Below are positions 14,408 through 26,999 of a stretch of 64,000 nucleotides of DNA, one piece after another (position 1 is the stretch's first letter; each line of letters begins with the position of its first letter). Source of the DNA: Haliotis rufescens (Eukaryota); the NCBI RefSeq assembly GCF_023055435.1, contig NW_025963879.1:16678001-16742000 (forward strand), in the 5' to 3' direction. A program made the position numbers and the translations under genes. The notes beneath the pieces are model-generated. The model was not told the DNA's origin, ran no database searches, and was given only the letters and a program-made list of their open reading frames with translations.

Positions 14408-14572
14408 GGGGCGGTCGGGTAGCCTTGTGGTTAAAGCGTTCGCTCGTCACGCCGAAGACCCGGGTTCGATTCCCGACATGGGTACAATTTGTGAAGCCCA
14501 TTTCTGGTGGCCCCCGCCGTGATATTGCTGGAATATTGCTAAAAGCGGCGTAAAACCATACTCACTCACTCA
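14408..14572 (+). mobile_element. SINE family A
   Basis: Full-length head and tail; 14-bp TSD CTCTTCACGACACA. The paralogous position at ~18647-18660 is an empty site. Confidence 0.92.
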
Positions 14573-14805
14573 CTCTTCACGACACATAACAAATTATGCG
14601 TGTTGAAGACGCACAAATTAAGTGTCCTTTCAAAGCAGTCAAAGACGTCAGGATGCATCTTTAATTCCATAATTACTTGACATTTAGATATCCTAGTGCT
14701 TCACTCACATCTAATACGCGTCCATATTTTATAATAGCATAGTTCACGGTTCGATACTCGAGGTGGAACAGTTAAGATCACAAGTGAACAAAACACTTGG
14801 AAAAT

Positions 14806-14976
14806 GGGGCGGTGGGGTAGCCTGGTGGTTAAAGCGTTCGCTCGTCACTCCGAAGGCCCGGGTTCTGTTCCCCACATGGGTACAATGTGAGAAGCTCGTT
14901 TCTGGTGACACGAGCGTGATATTGCTGGAATATTGCTAAAAGCTGCGTAAAACCATTCTCACTCACTCACTTACGT
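14806..14976 (+). mobile_element. SINE family A (older insertion, duplicated together with the unit)
   Basis: TSD ACTTGGAAAA. The same insertion with the same diagnostic changes is at 18880. Confidence 0.9.
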
Positions 14977-15434
14977 ACTTGGAAAAAGGATCGCTATCAT
15001 CCACAAATTACATCAAGGTTACACTGGACTGATATTAGTCACTGCGGAGTTGTGTCCCTTTTGTTTGGGTGCACTCTCCACTGAATACCAGAGCAAGCCT
15101 GTGATCCGTCGTACAAATATTATGTCCGTGTCTTTTCTCATATTGTTTGTGTTATATTACACACACCAGCCCGTATTGATTCAAAACAAATCCATAGCTT
15201 TCAAAAATATGTCAGTAAGTTGTTCACAGTCAAAATTTGTCATCAAATATTCACTGTTGAGTTTTTCTGTTTTAATAGTTGACAGGAAGCTCTTCTAGTG
15301 CGTTAGCGTTTTAAATTACGCTCCAGGTTGTAATAGACGTGACATTCATCTCGAGTTAACGTGCTGTCTGACATAAGATGATCCATACTAAAGATGCTGC
15401 TCGATTCTGTAGAATAGGTTTGGTGAAGTTCCCA

Positions 15435-16460
15435 ACTGGGAACACACTTATTTCAGACAGACTGGGGATACACTTATGGCAGAAAGACTTGGGATACGCT
15501 TATGTCAGACAGACTTGGCACACACTTATGTCAGACAGACTGGGGACACACTTATGTCAGACATACTGGGGACACATTTATGTCAGACAGACTCGGGACA
15601 CACTTATGTCAGACAGAATGGGGACACACTTATGTCAGACAGAATGGGGACACACATATGTCAGACAGACGGGGACACACTTATGTCAGACAGACTGGGG
15701 ACACACTTAAGTCGGACAGACTCAGGACAAATTTATGTCAGACAGACTTGAGACACACTTGTGTCAGACAGACAGGAGACACACTTAAGTCAGACAGACT
15801 GGGGACACACTTATGTCAGACAGACTGGGGACACATTTATGTCAGACAGACTGGAGACACACTTGTGTCAGACAGACTGGGGACACACTTAAGTCGGACA
15901 GACTGGGGACACACTTATGTCAGACAGACTGGGGACACACTTATGTCAGATAGACTGGGGACACACATGTCAGACAGACTGGGGACACACATGTCAGACA
16001 GACTTGGGACACACTTATGTCGTACAGACTGGTGACACACTTAAGTCGGACAGACTAGGGACACAATTATGTCAGACAGACTGGAAACACACTTGTGTCA
16101 GACAGACTGGGGACACACTTAAGTCAGACAGACTGGGGACACACTTATGTCAGACAGACTGGGGACACACTTATGTCAGACAGACTGGAGACACACTTGT
16201 GTCAGACAGACTGGGGACACACTTAAGTCGGACAGACTGTGGACACACTTATGCAAGACAGACTGGGGACCCACGTATGTCAGACAGACTGGGGACCCAC
16301 GTATGTCGGACAGACTGGGGACACACTTATGTCAGACAGACTGGGACACACTTATGTCAGACAGACTGGGGACACACTTATGTCGGACAGACTGGGCACA
16401 CACGTGGGTCCCCAGTCTGTCTGACATAAGTGTGTCCCCAGTCTGTCCGACATAAGTGTG
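15435..16460 (+). repeat. 26-bp minisatellite array 3 (~1 kb) ending in ~2 inverted monomers
   Basis: Direct units run to ~16402; reverse-complement units CCCCAGTCTGTCTGACATAAGTGTGT follow at ~16407-16460. Confidence 0.95.
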
Positions 16461-16758
16461 ACATAGTGTGCACGGGAGCAGGCAAACCAGAGGTAGAAAG
16501 TGTGAGGATCGACCCACGACTTTGAGAGGTGATCATTTGACTTCGCACATAATTGATGATGTTGTAAATACAAACACAAAGCAGTTTCTTCAGTAACGTG
16601 ATATTTTACTCAGATGTTAACAGAGAAACAATGACACATGCACAACATAATCAGCGATTATTTTACACACGGAATTAAAAGAATGTGAAATCAATATGAA
16701 TTAAAGAACCAACAATCAAACAGTTTATAAAGTTTGTTCCTTATGGCGAGGGTCGTAA

Positions 16759-18059
16759 TTACATTTCGTGACGGATCTTTCCAATTGGCATTTCCTTTGT
16801 GAATCTAACAGAAAGGTTCCTGGAGGATCGGGTTGGTTTCTTTTCAGCATCCTGCCCTCTCTTGGTGTCTTTCAGAATGGATCTTACACTGGAAGTGACC
16901 TTCAACTTGGTTTCATTCTTATCTGTGGCCTTGGCCTTCACCAAGTCGTCACCGGAAGCAGAGAAGTCTGTCTTGACATGTGAGATATTGCTTGGAACCT
17001 TGTCCTTTGACTTTCCTGTGTAAGGTCTTCGAGCCTTCCTTGGTTGAACTGGAGGACTGACGCTGGAGGAACTGGTCCGCTTATTGGCAGGAGTGTGACA
17101 GGTCAGAGGGGCAGTCTGGCGCTGGAGAGCTGCCAGCTCTTCCTCCAGCTTCTTCCTCTGCTCCATCTCTGTCTGCTTCTCCTTCTCCCAGTCGCCCGCC
17201 AGCCCCTCTAGCGTCTGCTTCAGTTCCTGGAGCTCAGCCTGCGCCATTGTGTAGCTGAGACGATAGTTGTAATATTCCAGCCTATAGTCCTGTCTCTCCG
17301 ACTCAGCTTTCAGCCTTAAGGCGTTCCCCTCCCGGAGTTGTCGGGCCTGTCGCTCGTTCTCCTCTCTCAGCTTCTGGTTCTCATTGAAAAGGTGATCGAG
17401 AAGACTGAAAAAGACATGTCGATAGTTTAGAAGATATCGTTTCTCAAAGTCATTTTGTCTATAATATTTAAATGAGATGTACATTTCTTATTTTTCTATT
17501 TTGTATGTTGTACGCCAACATTAGACACATTGCACCTGCATGGCAGTGTGCATCAGGGATGGGCATCACGTGGTCTACAATGTAACGGTAAATTGTGCTA
17601 CGATTAGTCTCATGACTGACAGAGAAGAAGATTGTGTCGGTTCTGGATTAAATTAAAATGGTCGTTTCTATGACCTGTCACATCGAAAGAACGTTCATGA
17701 ACATCAAACGAAACAGTGCCTACCTTTCCTCCAAATCTCCGACTTGAGATTTCAAGTCCATGTACTGAACTAGAAACGAAAACAAAAACAAAAGTACAAA
17801 CACCCGACTCGATTCCACTGTTATATATAGACCAAAACATACTCGGAATGTAACTGTATTTTCTTCAAACAAACACATCAAGTAATGATATCTTGCATTT
17901 AATTTGTTTTGTATTATAAATTCAGGATGTCCTACCAAGTAAATCTTGATGCAGTTCTGGCGTTCTTGAACTTCGTGGGTTAGACTGACGCTCGTCCGCC
18001 TCGAGTATGGGGGAGAGTAGTTTCCGACTCTTCAGTCGTTCTTGTGGATACATCTTCAT
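16759..18059 (-). CDS. Cluster gene copy 3 (271 aa); exons 18059-17936, 17769-17724, 17404-16759
   Basis: Intact splice sites and frame. Upstream exon donor at 18409/18408. Confidence 0.85.
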
Positions 18060-18561
18060 CTGTGGGATAAAAATACATCTAATATGAATTTAGGAATTGA
18101 AGCATACATTGCAGACTGAGATTTGATCCAAACAGAACTAGTTTATGGATAAAACAATAACTAAAACATCAGACAAATAGGCAAAGTGATTCAGTCTACA
18201 CGTTACATATGTGCGTGAAAATCTATCAGAAAAAGACAGAAACATTTGAGTTCCGTAATAACATTGGAGACTGTGTGTTAATGAATACAAAAGTAATTTA
18301 CTGATAAAGAATTTCAGAGCCATGAAATATAGATGTGAACGAGAGTTAGTAAACAAACGCTATCAGTAAAAGTAAATCAACTGTAGGAGTTAGACTGGCA
18401 TGGCTTACCTAATACTGAGATGAGGTTTAGACTTGTGCAAAGCAGACACAGACCAGCAACAAATGTGAAGTTTTGTAACAGCAACAGATGTACGTCTGAA
18501 CACCACCAAGTTGTGTCGGCGACTGATTGGGAACCATCAACGTCGTCATGGAACCATTCTG

Positions 18562-18596
18562 TGACGTCATTTCCACTGTTTCTGTCTATGACGTCA
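18562..18596. promoter_or_regulatory. CRE pair upstream of copy 3
   Basis: TGACGTCA at 18562-18569 and 18589-18596. Confidence 0.6.
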
Positions 18597-18879
18597 CTGA
18601 CTGTGTTCACCATGCTCGGTACAGCTTTATGTTAGCTGCGCTCAGTCTCTTCACGACACATAACAAATTATGCGTGTTGAAGACGCACAAATTAAGTGTC
18701 CTTTCAAAGCAGTCAAAGACGTCAGGATGCATCTTTAATTCCATAATTACTTGACATTTAGATATCCTAGTGCTTCACTCACATCTAATACGCGTCCATA
18801 TTTTATAATAGCATAGTTCACGGTTCGATACTCGAGGTGGAACAGTTAAGATCACAAGTGAACAAAACACTTGGAAAAT

Positions 18880-19050
18880 GGGGCGGTGGGGTAGCCTGGT
18901 GGTTAAGGCGTTCGCTCGTCACGCCGAAGGCCCGGGTTCTGTTCCCCACATGGGTACAATGTGAGAAGCTCATTTCTGGTGACCCCAGCGTGATATTGCT
19001 GGAATATTGCTAAAAGCTGCGTAAAACCATTCTCACTCACTCACTTACAC
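18880..19050 (+). mobile_element. SINE family A, paralogous to the 14806 insertion
   Basis: Same flanks and TSD ACTTGGAAAA. Confidence 0.9.
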
Positions 19051-19504
19051 ACTTGGAAAAAGAATCGCTATCATCCACAAATTACTGCAGGGTTACACTG
19101 GACTGATATTAGTCACTGCGGAGTTGTGTCCCTTTTGTTTGGGTGCACTCTCCACTGATTACCAGAGCAAGCCTTTGATCCGTCGTACAAATATTATGTC
19201 CGTGTCTTTTCTCATATTGTTTGTGTTATATTACACACAACAGCCCGTATTGATTCAAAACAAATCCATAGCGTTCAAATATATCAGTAAGTTGTTCACA
19301 GACAACATTTGTCATCAAATATTCACTGTTGAGTTTCTGGTATAATAGTTGACAGGAAGCTCTTCTGGTGCGTTAACTTTTCACCTAACACTCCAGGTTG
19401 TAATAAACGTGACATTCATCTCGAGTTAACGTGCTGTCTGACATCAGATGATCCGCACTAAATATGCTGCTCGATTCTATAGAATAGGTTTGGAGAAGTT
19501 CCCA

Positions 19505-19704
19505 AATGGGAACACACTGATGTCAGACAGACTTGGGATACGCTTATGCCGGACAGACTGGGGAAACACTTATGTCAGACAGACTGGGGACACATATGTC
19601 AGACAGACTGGGAACACACTTATTCCAGACATACTGGGGACACACTTATGTCAGACAGACTGGGGACACATATGTCAGACAGACTGGGGACACACTTATG
19701 TCAC
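19505..19704 (+). repeat. 26-bp minisatellite array 4 (~8 units)
   Basis: Same consensus and same left flank as arrays 1-3. Confidence 0.92.
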
Positions 19705-20963
19705 ACTAATATATTATTTTCTATTTATGTAGAAAACAACTTATTAGTCCGAGGGAATGTCATGCTATTTTGAGGGGCAAAGGAGAAGAAATTTGGGAAA
19801 CGAAATACTGTTTCCAACATTTCATGTCCCTTCTATGCATTGTGCCCGAAATAGAGCCACGCATGACCGGCACAAGAGGTACAGAGTTACCTACCTTGTG
19901 TCAGGGTGTATTCTTTCTCTTTGAACATGTAACGTATTGCTTCCTGGAGCTAATTACTCGGTAAGAAGAAATATATAGAGAATACTACACTCATTCTCGT
20001 TAGATACCATTTTTTTTCGAAACGAGTAGACTTTCTATGATATCTGATCCACGTTGAATATATATTTAAGTGTAAATACATTACAACTTTCGTTCGTTGA
20101 CAGACCAAACTGAAACCGGTTGCAAAATCTGGTTGCGCATGAATAATGATATATGCCCAAATATGGGCAATGTTGACATTTCTATGCATACGCATTAACA
20201 ACATGCGCCTGCAGTTGTGTTTGCAAACAAAACAGCACCGACGCTCAAGATCCTTTTGGAAGAATTTCTTCAACTTTAGGTAATTCAAGAGTCATGTTGT
20301 TAGCACGCAGGACACCTTTATAAGAAAATTTGAAAAGTCACATTACCGCCGCGCTTTGAATATCGGACCAAGAGTCGGTCACTCGAACTGCCGGGGTCCC
20401 GTCTGTGCATTCAAAATGGTTCGGCGTCCTTGATCTATCAGCTGAATTTATATCATGTCCGTACCATTTTGGAAGAGGGAAATCAGAGTGTTCGCCAAAG
20501 ACATTCATGTCAACTGTACCACCCTTATACTGAAGACGTGAAAATCAACAAACTCAAGTCTGATTGCATGTCAGTGACAGCTTCGAACGAAGGGCAAGGT
20601 CACCACCGGAATAAGAAAAGACAACCGTGATCTACTTACAGCGTTTTACGCTGGAGATGGGGAATGTTATTGTTCACATTTGGGATATTTTGGGCCACAT
20701 AATCAGAAATTTAGGCACACTTCTGTGGAGTTTTCGAATGATTTGTATCGGAAATGTTCACTTTGAGTGATCTGGTCTTACAGTCGTGAACAAACAACTC
20801 CCGAAACAGTGCCACAAAATACGCTTCGAAGGGGACACTGGTGGCACAGCCTGAACATCCCAAGTAAGTCTAGATATCTGCCCAGATAGTTTAAACTGAC
20901 TTTACTTCACCACGCTTATCCCTTTACGTTAAATCAAATTGAAAGTTGCGAAAGTGGTCGGGT

Positions 20964-23292
20964 GGGACCCTACCTTTAGAATACAGTACCACAAACTTTT
21001 CAAACACGTGACAATACCCTATGACGTAATTTGTAGTATTTTGTTGCCAGTCACACCGGCGACGTCAGGGTTCATTGAGTGGGCATAAAGCTCCTCCCAG
21101 TGATCTATCATCTCTACACGCAATGTCATTAAATACGCCCAGCGGTGTTGGGAGTTTTGAATATTTGTTTATATGCTATATAAACATATATGTTGCTATA
21201 TTTAGCCTGCGGCGGCGCATTTTAGAACAAGCGCTAGTTTACGAAAGCACTTTTATTTTTTATTTATTTTTTTATTTCGTATTTCTCGTAATTCATAAAT
21301 GGGAACTAATATACATATATTATTTTTCCGGTTAATTAATTTTCATTATTATTCACAAGAATGCAGATTATAAGGGATATTGCTGAACACATCCAAATGT
21401 CGCCAGTGTTAGGGTAGGTTACCCCGAACACTATCCTTAGCCCTTGAACCCCCTTTACAAACATAAGGGTTAGGTACTCGTTTAGTGGCTGTTATAGATT
21501 CTATGGAGGCTCCTAATATTCTTCACACAAAAACGTCGAGTATAAAGGATGCAATGGTTTTGTGTCGACTATTTTGGCTACCGGAAACTGTCCTGGAACA
21601 TTCACACAAGCCAGGGTGCCTCCCTCGTTCCTTACTATTGTCCACATCATCCTTACAGTGTTCCCCACAACTCTTTTCTGTCACAAAAATCACCTGGAGC
21701 CGTTTTCAGTTCGCGCCATATCGGCTCATTCATCACCACACGGTATCTTGTAGATTACAGAATGGGACGAGTGTGCCAAATGGCATCGGTATCATTCGTA
21801 TGTGTCCGTAGACTAAAGTCACGAGACACCATGTCTACCCGTAACCTTCGTAAGTGTCCGTCACCTATTCGACCCTTTTCGTTCAGTTCCGTAACGTCAT
21901 GGGCATGACTAGGTAAATTTGCACTTTGTTTTACAGTGGGGATGCAGTTCAGTGGCGAGCTAACAATCCGAAGGTCGCGGGTTCGCGTCCGACGGATTCT
22001 CACAAAAACTGGTTGCTTGTGGACGTAGCTCAGACGGTAAACTGTCGGGCTAACAATCCGAAGGTCGCGGGTTCGCGTCCGACGGATTCTCACAAAAACT
22101 AGTTGCTAGTCTTTGAGACATGTGACTTTCGGCAGAGATCGTCCTCACGAGAAGTTGTGGTACTGTATTCTAAAGGTGCTCCGGTACCCGTTTAGTGGCT
22201 ATTATTGATTCCATAGATGCTCCTAATATTCTTCACACAAAAACGTCGATAAAAAAGGATGAAATGGTTTTCTGTCGAATATTTTAGCTACTGGAAACTG
22301 TATACACGCTACATTTATTAAGTACTGATTCAAAAGCGAACTCACCCTTGTGTCGTCACTAGCCATGCTTATGCCTCCCTCGTTCCTAACAATTATCCAC
22401 ATTATCCTTACAGTATTCTCTACCACACTTTTCTGTCACAAAAATCACCCGACGAATGATTAAATTCCATGTCATTCATGCGTACCCGCGGGTTCGACGT
22501 ATGACGTTTGACGCCAAGAGCCGTGTTGAGTTCTCGCCATTTCGGCTCATTCCTCACCACTCGGTATCTTGTAGATCACTTGTGGACGTAGCTCAGACGG
22601 TAAACTGTCGGGCTAACAATCCGAAGGTCGGGGGTACGCGTCCGACGGATTCTCACAAAAACTAGTTGCTAGTCTTTGAGACATGTGACTTTCGGCAGAG
22701 ATCGTCCTCACGAGAAGTTGTGGTACTGTATTCTAAAGGTGCTCCGGTACCCGTTTAGTGGCTATTATTGATTCCATAGATGCTCCTAATATTCTTCACA
22801 CAAAAACGTCGAGATAAAAGGATGAAATGGTTTTCTGTCGAATATTTTAGCTACTGGAAACTGTATACACGCTACATTTATTAAGTACTGATTCAAAAGC
22901 GAACTCACCCTTGTGTCGTCACTAGCCATGCTTATGCCTCCCTCGTTCCTAACAATTATCCACATTATCCTTACAGTATTCTCTACCACACTTTTCTGTC
23001 ACAAAAATCACCCGACGAATGATTAAATTCCTTGTCATTCATGCGTACCCGCGGGTTCGACGTATGACGTTTGACGCCAAGAGCCGTGTTGAGTTCTCGC
23101 CATTTCGGCTCATTCCTCACCACTCGGTATCTTGTAGATCACTTGTGGACGTAGCTCAGTCGGTAAGCTGTCGGGCTAACAATCGGAAGGTCGCGAGTTC
23201 TTTATAACTGGTTGCTTGTCTTTGAGACACGTGACATACGGCAGAGATCGTCTAAAGGAGAAGCTGTGGTACTGTATTCTAAAGGTGCTCCC
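20964..23292. mobile_element. Putative non-autonomous TIR element with a triplicated right end, inside a ~3.5-kb insertion (~19974-23462) in the inter-copy spacer
   Basis: ACCTTTAGAATACAGTACCACA (20972-20993) is the exact reverse complement of 22156-22177, 22719-22740 and 23265-23286. Spacer homology with the other units breaks at ~19973 and resumes at ~23463. No clear TSD. Confidence 0.5.
22016..23292 (+). repeat. 563-bp tandem duplication (~2.3 units), each unit starting with a tRNA-like segment
   Basis: Near-identical blocks offset by 563 bp (e.g. 22223/22786). A diverged partial copy lies at ~21475-21755. Confidence 0.9.
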
Positions 23293-24028
23293 AAAAGGAA
23301 TGACGTCTCGCGAGATCTTATGAATGAAAAAAAGTCGTCCCGGTGTGACAGAGGGCACGGTTATCCAATTAAAACGAATAAAAACAAGGTCAACCTTGTA
23401 CGAAACACGTGTGACGTACGGATTTAGTATCTTACCACCTGTATCTTCACCACGTGGGTAATAAATATGACTATTTAGCATCAGGGCTCGATATTAACCT
23501 AAAGGCAAATAGGAAAGTATTTGATTTTTTATCAACTTTCAACACGGCATTTCACATCTCTTCTACAAATTTCTGTATAGAGAATATAGACACATTCAGT
23601 TTTCTCCATGCATAGATTAAATCTAAGGTTAATTTAAAACTTATTTATACGTCCCATACCGATCTATCGTGATCTATGCCCGCGAAGCGTGACTGTGTGC
23701 ACAGGAGCAGGCAAACCAGTGGTAGAAAGTGTGAGCATCGACCCACGACTTTGGGGCATGACGGACATGCATCATCCTGGTCAGAGTTGAGAGGTGATCA
23801 TTGACTTCCCACATAATTGATGAGGTTGTAAATACAAACACAAAGCAGTTTCTTCAGTAACGTGATATATTATTCGGATGTTAATAGAGAAACAATGACA
23901 CATGCACAACATAATCAGTGATTATTTTACACACGGTATTACAAAAATGTGAAATCAATATGAATTGAAGAACCAATATGAATTGAAGAACAGTTTATAA
24001 AGTTTGTTTCTTATGGCGAGGGTCGTAA

Positions 24029-25320
24029 TTACATTTCGTGACGGATCTGTCCAACTGGCATTTCCTTTGTGAATCTAACAGAAAGGTTCCTGGAGGATCG
24101 GGTTGGTTTCTTTTCAGCATCCTGTCCTCTCTTGGTGTCTTTCAGAATGGATCTAACACTGGAAGTGACCTTCAACTTGGTTTCATTCTTATCTGTGGCC
24201 TTGGCCTTCACCAAGTTGTCACCGGAAGCAGAGAAGTCTGTCTTCACATGTGAGATCTTGCTTGGAACCTTGTCCTTTGACTTTCCTGTGTAAGGTCTTC
24301 GAGCCTTCCTTGGTTGAACTGGAGGACTGACGCTGGAGGAACTGGTCCGCTTATTGGCAGGAGTGTGACAGGTCAGAGGGGCAGTCTGGCGCTGGAGAGC
24401 TGCCAGCTCTTCCTCCAGCTTCTTCCTCTGCTCCATCTCTGTCTGCTTCTCCTTCTCCCAGTCCCCCGCCAGTCCCTCTAGCGTCTGTTTCAGTTCCTGG
24501 AGCTCAGCCTGCGCCATTGTGTAACTGAGACGATAGTTGTAATATTCCAGCCTATAGTCCTGTCTCTCCGACTCAGCTTTCAGCCTTAAGGCGTTCTCCT
24601 CCCGGAGTTGTCGGGCCTGTCGCTCGTTCTCCTCTCTCAGCTTCTGGTTCTCATTGAAAAGGTGATCGAGAGAACTGAAAAAGACATGTCGATAGTTTAG
24701 AAGATATCGTTTCTCAAAGTCATTTTATGATATTTGAATGAGATGTACATTTCTTATTTTAATTTTTGTATATTTTAGACCCATATGAGACCCTATGTAA
24801 GGCAGCCGAGTACATCAGGAATGGGCATTATGTGGTCTACAATGTAACGGTAGATGTGCCACGATTAAGTCTCGTGACTGACAGAAAATATAAGATTGTG
24901 TCGGTTCTAGATTAAACTAAAATGTTCATTTTATGACTTATCACACCAAACGAACGTTCTTGAATATTAAACGAGACTGTGCCTACCTTTCCTCCAAATC
25001 TCCGACTTGAGATTTCAGGTCAATATACTGAACTGGAAGCAAACAAAAATAAAAGTACAAACACCCGACTCGATTCCACTGTTATATAAAGACCAAAACA
25101 TACTTTGAATGTAACTGTAATTGCTTCAAAGAAACACATCAAGTGGTGATGTCGTGCATTTAATTTGTTTTGTATCATAAAAATAGGATTTCCTACCAAG
25201 TAAATCTTGATGCAGTTCTGGCCTTCTTGGACTACGAGGGTTAGACTGACGCTCGTCCGCCTCGAGTATGGGGGAGAGTAGTTTCCTACTCTTCAGTCGT
25301 TCTTGTGGATACATCTTCAT
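24029..25320 (-). CDS. Cluster gene copy 4 (271 aa); exons 25320-25197, 25032-24987, 24674-24029
   Basis: Intact splice sites and frame. Upstream exon donor at 25639/25638. Confidence 0.85.
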
Positions 25321-25790
25321 CTGTGGGACAAAACATAATCACATTTGAATTTAGTATTGACATTGCAGACAGAGATTTGACCCAAACAGACCTAATTCAT
25401 GGATAAAACGATAACTAAAACATCAGACAAATAGGCAAAATGATTCAATCTACATGTCACAGCTGTGCGTGAAAATTTGAGTTCCGTAATTACATTGGAG
25501 ACTAAGTGTCAATTAATATAAAGGTAATTTACTGATAAAGAATTTCGGACAAGTGAATATAGATGTGAAGGAGGGTTAGGGAACAAACGCTATCAGTAAA
25601 AGTAAACCAACTGTAGGAGTTAAACTGGCATTGCTTACCTAATACTGAGATGAGGTGTAGACTTGTGCAAGTAGACACAGACCAGCAACAAATGTGAAGT
25701 TTAGCGGCAGCAATAGATGTACGTCTGAACACCACCAAGTTGTGTCGGCGACTGAATGGGAACCATCAACGTCGTCATGGAACCATTCTG

Positions 25791-25825
25791 TGACGTCATT
25801 TCCACTGTTTCTGTCTATGACGTCA
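25791..25825. promoter_or_regulatory. CRE pair upstream of copy 4
   Basis: TGACGTCA at 25791-25798 and 25818-25825. A ~230-bp deletion relative to the other copies begins just beyond them. Confidence 0.6.
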
Positions 25826-25879
25826 CTGGCAGTGTTCGCTCAGATACTCGAGGTGGAGCAGTTAAGATCACAAGTGAAC

Positions 25880-25972
25880 CAATCTCATTAAAATCAGATC
25901 TTAGTTCTCGCTACTGCTAAACAAACTTTGTTTAGCGGTAGCGAGAACTAAGATCTGATTTTAATGAGATTG
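25880..25972. mobile_element. 93-bp fold-back MITE with 9-bp TSD (Mutator/MULE-like)
   Basis: 46-bp arms with one mismatch and a 1-nt centre. TSD CAAGTGAAC on both sides. Paralogous sites (e.g. 14781, 18855) are empty. Confidence 0.92.
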
Positions 25973-26307
25973 CAAGTGAACAAAACACTTGGAAAATGAA
26001 TCGCAATCATCCAGAAATTACATTATGACTACTGGGTTACACTGGACTAAAATTAGTCATTGCGTAGTTAAACCAGAAATGTTACTGCTGCCACACCGAA
26101 TTCCCAGACTAAACATTTAATCCATGAAATCTTATATTACACAATACCCTTCTCGACTCTAAAATTAAGCATCTAGAGTTATCTAGAGCTGGCTAAACTT
26201 GCTTTTGTATACATATTGTTTCTTTTTTCATAGAATTAATATATTCCACAGTCATGGTGCAGGTCTACCAGAGGTCTACCAGAGACATGGTGGTGATAGA
26301 TGAAGAT

Positions 26308-26561
26308 ACCCGTTAAGATCCGGGGCAGAATAGGTCTTCAGCAACCCATGCTTGCCGTAAAAGGCGACTAACGGGATCGGGTGATCAGGCTCGCTGACTT
26401 GGTTGATGCATGTCATCGATCCCAAATGCGTGGATCGATGTTCATGATATTAATCACTGGGTTGTCTGGTCCAGACTCGATTATTTACAGACCGCCGTCA
26501 TGTAGCTGGAATATTGCTGAGTGCGGCGTTAAACAACAAACAAAACCACAACAACAAAAAA
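26308..26561 (+). mobile_element. Short retroelement family B (no tRNA head; starts ACCCGTGAAGATCCGGG, ends in (AAAC)n)
   Basis: More than 10 dispersed copies in the window; TSD GATAGATGAAG; 3' tail shared with families A and C. Confidence 0.85.
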
Positions 26562-26999
26562 GATAGATGAAGCCTACAATTATCAGGATATTATCAGTTT
26601 GTAAAGCATCTTTTTAACTACATGTCATACACCATTTGAAAGGTCTAATCCTACTGTTTATATAGATGAAAGTTATGTATATCACATAACTTAAATAATG
26701 CTTTATAAATTATTACTTAAAAACTGCAGGGTGTAGGGACCTGCTGCAATGTAAAACTATCAGCCCGAGAACAAATCTGTCGGCCTCGGGCCTTCGGGCA
26801 GATGTCTGTTCGAACACTGACGCTGTTTGATATGAGATAATCTGTACAACATATGTTGCTCGATTCTGCGGAATAGGTTTTGCCAAAGCTTCCAATTCAG
26901 GGGTAACACTGGTAGATTCACGAAGCAATGCATTCCTCGTGTCACTTATGTATGACGCCAACAAAACATTTGTTCACCCAACTAAATGTATGCAACTTG

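Noticed and set aside
22021-22090. tRNA-Val(AAC) gene; likewise SINE A heads as tRNA-Asp genes
   Set aside because: The acceptor and T stems do not pair properly, and the sequences are embedded in repeats or SINE bodies.
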